This document shows, one piece after another, positions 15,679 through 22,616 of a stretch of DNA of 32,000 bases. Positions within the stretch are counted from its first letter, which is position 1, and each line of letters begins with the position of its first letter. The notes below the pieces were generated by a model that did no database searches, was not told the DNA's origin, and saw only the letters and a program-made list of their open reading frames with translations. A program made the position numbers and the translations under genes. The stretch comes from Candidatus Saccharimonadota bacterium (lineage in GTDB: Bacteria > Patescibacteriota > Gracilibacteria > UBA4473): contig JACKFV010000001.1 in the NCBI GenBank assembly GCA_020632335.1, forward strand, positions 1 to 32,000, given 5' to 3'.

Positions 15679-15703
15679 AAGAGGGGCTACGGGCTCCTCT
15701 TTT
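15679..15703 (+). terminator. putative intrinsic terminator between convergent genes
   Basis: AAGAGGGGC (15679-15687) pairs with GCTCCTCTT (15693-15701), giving 9 bp with one G-U and a 5-nt loop. This is followed by TT, so the T-tract CTTTT is short. Confidence 0.45.
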
Positions 15704-15724
15704 GCGTATAGCGATGCCGGATAA

Positions 15725-16546
15725 TTAGAAGACCCCCGCCTGCCGAGCTGAGTGGAGCAGGGTGTGCCAGTCAGCTATGGTGAGGGTTTCGGCACGGAGA
15801 TTGCCATCTATGGGCCCCAGGATAGCCGCGCTGTCTCGGCCAAAGTAACTGCCCAGCACGTTGTGGAGTTTCTTGCGCTTCTGGCTGAACCCCGCATGCA
15901 CGAGAGAGAAAAAGTCGCGCTCATCCGCAGCGGCGACGAGCGGCGTAGGCCGCCGTGTGAGCTGCACCACGGCGCTGTCTACCCCGGGGATGGGGTCAAA
16001 GGCCTCCCGTGGCACGAGGAAGAGGAGCCTACTCTCGGCATAGACTTCCACCGAGATACTGAGGATAGAGCGGCGTCCGGCGTGCTTACGCTGCAGGGTG
16101 ATCTTCTCCGCGACCTCCCGCTGGACCATGAGCGTCAGGCGGTATGGCGGGTGCTGGAGCCCGCTCAGGTAGCGCTTCAGCAGTGGGTTGGTGATGTTAT
16201 AGGGGATGTTCGCGATGATCTCATAGGGGTGCTCTCCCCACACGTCCTGCGGGGTAAAGTCCAGCGCGTCACCGTGCACCAGCTGTAGCTGCGGGTGACT
16301 CCCCCACCGCTCCTGCAAGAGCCTGACCGCGCGCTCGTCGTACTCTACGGCCGTCAGTAGCGCCCCGGCCTCCAGTAGCGGAGAAGTCAGCGCGCCGAGC
16401 CCCGGGCCTATCTCCAGCACTCGGGTGCCGGTTATATCTCCCACACTCTCCAGGATTTTCTCTAGGTACTGGGGGTCTTGCAGGAAGTTCTGCCCCAGGT
16501 GCTTCTGGGCGAATCGGGACGCGGCGGTCTTCTTTGCGGGCTGCAT
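15725..16546 (-). CDS. rsmA: 16S rRNA (adenine1518/1519-N6)-dimethyltransferase RsmA/KsgA
   Basis: The ORF was trimmed to ATG 16546 (MQPAKKTAASRFAQKHLGQNFL), giving 273 aa. It has the HLGQNFL start motif, the SAM motif VLEIGPGLGALT and IANIPYNIT. Confidence 0.9.
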   Translation of the reverse strand: MQPAKKTAASRFAQKHLGQNFLQDPQYLEKILESVGDITGTRVLEIGPGLGALTSPLLEAGALLTAVEYDERAVRLLQERWGSHPQLQLVHGDALDFTPQDVWGEHPYEIIANIPYNITNPLLKRYLSGLQHPPYRLTLMVQREVAEKITLQRKHAGRRSILSISVEVYAESRLLFLVPREAFDPIPGVDSAVVQLTRRPTPLVAAADERDFFSLVHAGFSQKRKKLHNVLGSYFGRDSAAILGPIDGNLRAETLTIADWHTLLHSARQAGVF

Positions 16547-16554
16547 ATGGCCCC

Positions 16555-16582
16555 AGCGTAGGGACTCTGGCGCCCTTGGCAA
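16555..16582 (-). promoter_or_regulatory. predicted rsmA promoter (TTGCCA-16-TACGCT); the -10 ends 8 nt before the ATG
   Basis: Minus strand: TTGCCA (16582..16577), 16-nt spacer, TACGCT (16560..16555), then ggggccat and ATG (16546). Confidence 0.5.
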
Positions 16583-16603
16583 TATCTGCTCAGGGGATAT
16601 AGT
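16576..16603 (+). promoter_or_regulatory. predicted promoter (TTGGCA-16-TATAGT); the -10 ends 6 nt before ATG 16610, so leaderless
   Basis: TTGGCA at 16576-16581, 16-nt spacer, TATAGT at 16598-16603, then ggcggt and ATG. Its -35 overlaps the rsmA -35 on the other strand (TTGGCAA). Confidence 0.55.
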
Positions 16604-16609
16604 GGCGGT

Positions 16610-17161
16610 ATGGAGATACTGCTCAACTGGGATATGGTGCTCTTTTCGGCCTTTGTGGTGCTGATGGCCTACAATTTTATCCTCGGGCAGAACGCCACCA
16701 TCAAGCTGCTGCTGAGCATCTACATCGCCATTATGACCGCGGACGGGGTGGCGATCGCCATTCGCAAGTACCTGGTGGACCCCTCGCCCGGCTGGCAAGA
16801 CCTGCTGGGGGCGCATGAGGATACCTTCTTCATCACGCTGCGGCTGGGGCTGTTTCTGCTATCTATTGTGCTCTTTGTGGTGAAGGGGGGCTTCCAGATA
16901 GCCGTGGAGGAGCACGAACACTGGGCTGCGAGGATGGGGCTGCACGGGATATTTGCGGCGCTGGCGGCGCTACTCTTCCTCTCCACCGTGCTGATATATG
17001 TGAGCGGAAGCAGCTTTGTGGAGGGGATGCTCTATGCGCCGGACCTCAGTATCTACCAGGAGTCCTCGATGGTGAGGCTCCTGGTAGACTATTATCAGCT
17101 GTGGTTTTCGCTCCCGGGGATGTGTTTTCTCGTAGCGTCGTTTGTGCTGAATAGGGAGTAG
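16610..17161 (+). CDS. integral membrane protein, CvpA-like
   Basis: 183 aa with 4-5 hydrophobic helices. The N-terminus NWDMVLFSAFVVLMAYNFILG resembles the CvpA family start (W.D....). The assignment is tentative. Confidence 0.4.
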   Translation: MEILLNWDMVLFSAFVVLMAYNFILGQNATIKLLLSIYIAIMTADGVAIAIRKYLVDPSPGWQDLLGAHEDTFFITLRLGLFLLSIVLFVVKGGFQIAVEEHEHWAARMGLHGIFAALAALLFLSTVLIYVSGSSFVEGMLYAPDLSIYQESSMVRLLVDYYQLWFSLPGMCFLVASFVLNRE

Positions 17162-17167
17162 GAGGGG

Positions 17168-18397
17168 TTACTGGCCACCAGGGATGAGTCCTCGGATGAA
17201 TGCTTTAACGGTTTCTAGTGTTTCTCCTATTTTGGGGTTATCCACTAGAATTTTCTCCCGGGCAATCCTCGCCCCCTGGTCTGGAGCATTGCCTCCCTCT
17301 CCGATAGTACCCATAGCTTCTGCTATTTGTGCCTCTACTTCAGGGTCAATATATTGCTTATTTGTCTGGGCTACTTTTATATTCCTTGCTTCGTTGCGCA
17401 GTGCTATACGAGAGGCCTCAGTGGCGTACTTTTGGGTATAGGCCTCTGTTTCTTCTTCGAGCACTGCTACTTTATCTATAGCATCTAGCAGGTTACTAAG
17501 TGCATCAAAGAAGGGCCAGATCGGCTCTTTCTCGGTCATGATGCGTTCGGCGAGTTCTTTGCCATTTACTACCTCCACCGGGATTTTCATCTCCTTCCCG
17601 GTGAGCGCATCGGTGTAGGCAAACTCGTGAAGGACCTTCCCAGAGAGAAGCTTTTGAAACGACTCCGTACGACCCACCGTCTTGGCCATAGTATTCATCA
17701 CCCCCACGGCTACCTGGTTTACTATCCGGAGAGAACCATGTAGTACAGACTCATTTCCGATCAGTTTGCTCAGGCCAAAGCTGAGCCCCAGGCTCTTCGA
17801 GAGTTCCTCTGGATTATGCCGGTTCAGCTGCGATCGCGCTAGTAACTCCAGTGCTCCTAGACGCAAGCGCCAGGAATGCACCCACTTACGGGTACCCTTT
17901 AACTTACTTCCGAGACCATGTTCGGACGTCTCGGTGAAGTAGGAAAAGAGTGCCTGGTACTTATCTTGCTGCTTTTGTGCCATGTAGCTCTCTAGCCAAA
18001 AATGTTCGCTGAAGTTCCCCTTCACATTTTTTACTTTGTTGCGCTCCTCTATAAAGGAGTTCATCGTCTCGGGATCTACCTTTATGATATTACCCTGCCC
18101 ATCTAGCATATTCGAATACTTGAGGAAGTCATTTACGAGTGTATTGGCATTCTTTGCTACCGTCTCATCAGATACCTTCAAGTCTTCTTTAATCGCTTTT
18201 TCTTCGGGTGTATCTTCTGTGGTGACCTCAGGGGCTCTCTGCACATTATCAGTTTTCATCGAATCCTTAAACTTTTGCAGCCGTTCCTTAGCTCCGGCTA
18301 CGCTCTTGTCTGACCCTTCAGCGGAATCATCGGGAGCCTCTGTTTTATAGAGATACCGTGGAGAAATATGTTGCCGGTAGTGGAAGAGAATATACAT
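17168..18397 (-). CDS. hypothetical protein (ORFan, lower GC), downstream partner of the giant gene
   Basis: 409 aa with ATG at 18397, 21 nt after the giant gene's stop. It has no signal peptide, TM helix or motif that I recognise. The lines I counted are 42-55% GC. Confidence 0.55.
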   Translation of the reverse strand: MYILFHYRQHISPRYLYKTEAPDDSAEGSDKSVAGAKERLQKFKDSMKTDNVQRAPEVTTEDTPEEKAIKEDLKVSDETVAKNANTLVNDFLKYSNMLDGQGNIIKVDPETMNSFIEERNKVKNVKGNFSEHFWLESYMAQKQQDKYQALFSYFTETSEHGLGSKLKGTRKWVHSWRLRLGALELLARSQLNRHNPEELSKSLGLSFGLSKLIGNESVLHGSLRIVNQVAVGVMNTMAKTVGRTESFQKLLSGKVLHEFAYTDALTGKEMKIPVEVVNGKELAERIMTEKEPIWPFFDALSNLLDAIDKVAVLEEETEAYTQKYATEASRIALRNEARNIKVAQTNKQYIDPEVEAQIAEAMGTIGEGGNAPDQGARIAREKILVDNPKIGETLETVKAFIRGLIPGGQ

Positions 18398-18418
18398 AGG
18401 GAATGTAATTAAGCAATA

Positions 18419-21400
18419 TTATCGACCCTCAAGGCCTGGTGAGTTCCAATTTTGGTATTCGAATTCATTACTTTTTTTATCAACTTCTTTTTTCTTGATA
18501 TCGCCTTCTTGCTCGGCAGTATCGGTTGTCTGGTGAGATCCCTGTTGGCCTTTAACAAAAGCCACCTGATCATTAAGATACTTTAATTGAGGATCTCTAT
18601 GCATTCCATTCTTCACTTCACCAGCTAGAGCAATACACTCGTTGTAACCTGCTATAAGTTCATTTAACAAAAAGATTTGGTCTCGTGTTGCCGGAACGCC
18701 ATCTTCACGCGCCATAGCCTTCCCAAAGGAAGGAGACGCTATTACACCGTCTATCTTGTCACGTATGCTTTTAATCCCCTTTAAGAGAGCGTCTTGATCC
18801 TTGGTATTTTTAAAATTATTACGTACAGCATCTACCTCTGGCCATACATGCTGTATCATGTACTCTACTCCATTTTCAGCTGAGCTGTACTCCACAGAGG
18901 GTTGGCCGGCTATTATAGGGTTAAAAGGGTATTCTAACAATGGAAGCACACGGTACGTTCCTGGGTCTGTATATCCCCAGTATTGCTTCTCGAGATACTG
19001 CCCGACTAGTGACACCCCTACCAGTGATGCACCCCATTTTACCCCTTGCCCTAGTAGATTCTTTGTGAGGGCTCCATATTTTCCTTCATGAAGTGCATGA
19101 CCACGCTGATTCCAGCGTGTTTTCCAATTAGCCACCGGGGATCCCCAGCCGCGACTGCCCTTCTCCCATATTTCTTTATAGGTACGGCGTATCACTTTGT
19201 CTTCTAGCTGACGCTCCAGTCTCTGTATCTCTTGTAATGATGATAGTATCTCTTTTTTCGATGATAGTGGATTTCCTTGAGAGTCTCGGAGGTACTTGGT
19301 ATAGTAGCTACTTCTATTAGCATTAACTGGCTTGCGAACTGACTGGCGAGTAGTTTTTATCTCATCTATCAGCTGCTGATACTGCTTTTGCATATTAACT
19401 GTCATATTCCCCTGCTGTTTCTGTAGAAATGCTTCTAGCTCTTGTTGCCGCGCCAGCAGAGCATCATCATATTCTTTCTGGATTTTCTGGTAGATCTTGT
19501 CAGTATCCTTGTTACCCTTCCCCATTAGTTTTTCAGGGGTTTGTAATATCTCCTGTATTTTCTTTCGCTGTTTACCCCAATACCCTGAGGGAGACCCTCC
19601 CGTTGGGTCGAGGGTGTACTGAGTAATCCTAGGAGCATCTAGTGGAGCATTAGGTGGAGTCATATCTGCTTCTCTCACTCCAATCCCTTCCATAAAGCGT
19701 GTACGCTCAGCATTGGCTCCTCTGGTAACGACATCTAACGAAGGGGGCTCAATGATACTCTTTATCTTCGGTGATCCTTTTATCTTCGGTGATCCTTCGC
19801 TAACACTTGGTATCCACCTTAAAGGATTTATGCCCATGTATATATTCCCATCCCCCGCGTATTGCTCGGCAAGGGACTGCCCGCCCTGCATACCATAGCG
19901 TTTTTTGAGTTGTTTGGAGAAGAGCCCATTAAGGCCCACACTACCTAGCGTCATCATAAGAAGCCCTTGGAAAGCCTGGTGCTCCGGATCCTCATAGACG
20001 AGATGGGCCCCACGAGAGGTCCAATATACCCCTTCGGCGAGCTCCAGGGCACGCACACCCTTCACTATTTTCTCAGCGCCCAGGAGCACTTCTGCTCCGC
20101 GGACACCCGCCTGTGCTCCCTTCACAGCCGCTCCACCAGCCACCATGGTAACGGCTCCGGTCACGGTGAAGATATCATCAGCGATGTCCCACCCGGTGAC
20201 GTGATCCCCTGACTCCAGGGCCATGCCGCGTAGGGCTTTTTGCTCCTGGAGGCTCCACTTGCGCTGAATGGCTCTGGGAATCACCATGTCTTCTAGGAAG
20301 CTGGTATCATTTACCTTATCAGCCAGTAGCTGCTGGTAGGCTATCTCGCCACCTGTAATCATCTGCGCTGTAGGGGTCTCTAGTGCTTGGCCCTCATAGA
20401 GTAGTTGTTGGAGATTCTTCTCCAGGCCCTGCTGGAGGGAGACGCCCACCTTCTCGATATACTGGCCATTTTGCTCTACCAGGGCTTTGCCTACCGTGAC
20501 TTTGGGCATAATGCGCTCCCCATTAGGAGTATAAAATTTCCACTCCTCTTGCTGCGTGTCTGCCACGCCACCTCTGATAGATGCCCGGTACGACTGGTGC
20601 GTCACGAGCGTCCCCGCGGGGAGCTGCGTCCCATCAGGGAGGGTGTAGGGCTGGTTATCTGGCTGTGGGGGCAGCACATAGGCTTTCTCACCTGCGGTGT
20701 AGTTCCGCGTCACCCGCATACTCCCCTTCATGGTCTGCACAGAGAAATCCACGTTCTCCTGGCCACGGTACTGTATCTCTGCCGGAAAGCCATTTAGAGC
20801 ACTACTCAGGTCGCCCGTATATTCTCGCAGCTCGTTCTCGCCGCGCATCTGCACGGCCATATCCGCATAAGAGAGCTGCTGGAGGTACTGGTCCAGCTCG
20901 GCCATGGGGCGGCCCTCCCACTGTGCGATGATGGTCTCGATGTCATTGCAGTGCTCTCCGGAGGCTCCGGGCAGCGCGTCGTGGTCGATATATTTGAGCT
21001 GCTGCTCCGCTGCGGTGCGCATACGGGTGAGGTCAGCTCTCGCCTGTGTGAGCTTCTCTTGCTTGGCCTCGGCGTTCTCAGCGGCGGTTTCCACTTGCAT
21101 GAAGTGCTCCAGCGCGCCAAAGTTTCGGGCCATCGCGCCACTCTCCATACGGTGGAGCTCGGCCTGCATTGTCTCTAGGAGCATGGCGTAGGCCTCAGGC
21201 GTCATGCCCTTTTGCTCGGCAACGGTGGCGATGACCGCTGCGTCGTATGCGCTCCCCCGGGCGTCTAGTTGCTGGCCCGTGATGTCTATACGCTCAGCGA
21301 TGAGCGCGGCGATTTCCTCCTCGCTACGGGCACCTGTGGCAATGCTATTAATCTCTTGCGTGAGAGTACCCAACTGTTCCTGATAGGCTTCTACAGTCCC

Positions 21401-22435
21401 GAAGTACTGTATCTGCGCGTCTACGGGCATCTGCCGGAGGGCGTCTGCATCATGCGTAAGTTGCTGGATGAGGGCCTCTTTTTGCTCCGCTGGGGGCCGC
21501 TGCATGAGCTGGTCATACGTCGCTTCCAGGACGTCCATCCCCTCCTCCAGCTGGGCATATTCGTCGGCATAGTCGTCTGCGGCGGCCTGTAGCGCCTTCT
21601 GCTCCTCGGCGAGTTGCTGCTCCAGTCCCTCTGCATATGCCAGCAGCTGCGCGTCTACAGCCTCGGTACTGGCGGCATCAGTGGTATAGAGCGAGGCTTT
21701 GGTCAGCTCTACGCGGTCGAGGAAGAGCGTGTAGTCCTCCTCGGTGTGGATCTCCTGGGTGAGGAGGTCCCGCAGCTGGCGGAGTTTCTCGGTGTCGCTG
21801 GGGTCTATGCCCATGGCGTAGGCGGCCTCGATGACGTACTCGCTCTGGAGTTTCTCCTCCAGGGTACGCTCGGCGCTGAACTCGGTACGGAAGCCATACT
21901 CGGCCTCCACTGCCTTTATCTCTAGGTCAAGAGAAATCTCCATCTCTGCCTGTATCTTGGCTATATCGGCAATGTAGGGCTGCATCTCGGGGATGACCGT
22001 CCCCAGTACTTGCCCTTTCGTAGCAATGACAAAAGGGCTAATAGCCTCTGTGAATCGTGGCATACCCGGCGTCTGTTTGGCCTGGGCTTCATACTCGCTG
22101 ATCTCACACCCCAGAGCCTGGAAGCACTCCTCAGCGATGGGGAGGGTTTGGTCTAGTGAGGCACAGATATAGGTATTCTCGAGGTTCTGTATCTTCTCCT
22201 TGACCTCCTTTATTTGCTCGGTAGTCAGATGCTCCAGTGACTCGGGCACTATATGAGAGTGGTGTTGCATCTGCGCATAGAGATCCATCAACGTGCCCTG
22301 CTCTGCTGTCTTCTTTTCTGCTTCTACTCTGGCAGCGCGCTGCTCTATCTCTGCATACGACTCCATCCCATCGAAGGCATATACCTCCCTGGTAAGAGAG
22401 GCCCTATAGCGATGAATGAGAGACAAAAGCCGCAT
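18419..22435 (-). CDS. giant acidic coiled-coil-rich hypothetical protein (1338 aa), compositionally mosaic
   Basis: This is a single uninterrupted ORF with ATG at 22435. The N-terminal ~800 aa are Glu/Gln/Ala-rich with long helical or heptad-like stretches. A Gly/Ala-rich hydrophobic segment (IFTVTGAVTMVAGGAAVKGAQAGV, GLLMMTLGSVGLNGLF) follows. The C-terminal ~500 aa are Lys-rich and encoded by AT-richer DNA. No enzymatic motif was recognised. Confidence 0.65.
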   Translation of the reverse strand: MRLLSLIHRYRASLTREVYAFDGMESYAEIEQRAARVEAEKKTAEQGTLMDLYAQMQHHSHIVPESLEHLTTEQIKEVKEKIQNLENTYICASLDQTLPIAEECFQALGCEISEYEAQAKQTPGMPRFTEAISPFVIATKGQVLGTVIPEMQPYIADIAKIQAEMEISLDLEIKAVEAEYGFRTEFSAERTLEEKLQSEYVIEAAYAMGIDPSDTEKLRQLRDLLTQEIHTEEDYTLFLDRVELTKASLYTTDAASTEAVDAQLLAYAEGLEQQLAEEQKALQAAADDYADEYAQLEEGMDVLEATYDQLMQRPPAEQKEALIQQLTHDADALRQMPVDAQIQYFGTVEAYQEQLGTLTQEINSIATGARSEEEIAALIAERIDITGQQLDARGSAYDAAVIATVAEQKGMTPEAYAMLLETMQAELHRMESGAMARNFGALEHFMQVETAAENAEAKQEKLTQARADLTRMRTAAEQQLKYIDHDALPGASGEHCNDIETIIAQWEGRPMAELDQYLQQLSYADMAVQMRGENELREYTGDLSSALNGFPAEIQYRGQENVDFSVQTMKGSMRVTRNYTAGEKAYVLPPQPDNQPYTLPDGTQLPAGTLVTHQSYRASIRGGVADTQQEEWKFYTPNGERIMPKVTVGKALVEQNGQYIEKVGVSLQQGLEKNLQQLLYEGQALETPTAQMITGGEIAYQQLLADKVNDTSFLEDMVIPRAIQRKWSLQEQKALRGMALESGDHVTGWDIADDIFTVTGAVTMVAGGAAVKGAQAGVRGAEVLLGAEKIVKGVRALELAEGVYWTSRGAHLVYEDPEHQAFQGLLMMTLGSVGLNGLFSKQLKKRYGMQGGQSLAEQYAGDGNIYMGINPLRWIPSVSEGSPKIKGSPKIKSIIEPPSLDVVTRGANAERTRFMEGIGVREADMTPPNAPLDAPRITQYTLDPTGGSPSGYWGKQRKKIQEILQTPEKLMGKGNKDTDKIYQKIQKEYDDALLARQQELEAFLQKQQGNMTVNMQKQYQQLIDEIKTTRQSVRKPVNANRSSYYTKYLRDSQGNPLSSKKEILSSLQEIQRLERQLEDKVIRRTYKEIWEKGSRGWGSPVANWKTRWNQRGHALHEGKYGALTKNLLGQGVKWGASLVGVSLVGQYLEKQYWGYTDPGTYRVLPLLEYPFNPIIAGQPSVEYSSAENGVEYMIQHVWPEVDAVRNNFKNTKDQDALLKGIKSIRDKIDGVIASPSFGKAMAREDGVPATRDQIFLLNELIAGYNECIALAGEVKNGMHRDPQLKYLNDQVAFVKGQQGSHQTTDTAEQEGDIKKKEVDKKSNEFEYQNWNSPGLEGR
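19761..19796 (-). repeat. perfect 18-bp tandem duplication inside the giant ORF (encodes GSPKIK-GSPKIK)
   Basis: TTTATCTTCGGTGATCCT at 19761-19778 is repeated exactly at 19779-19796 and is in frame. Confidence 0.95.
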
Positions 22436-22616
22436 ATAACGAGCATTACAGCCTCATCCTACCACGCCTGGTTTCTCCTTGTCTAGTGTTTTTGTGGGTG
22501 CTTGTGTGGGAGTATTACTTTGCGACAAAGCGCCCCCCGCAGCAAGGCGTATCCCGCTCCGTAACTTGCATAGCCCGGGGCCACTGTGGGAAAATAGGGA
22601 GATTGCTTGTACCCCT

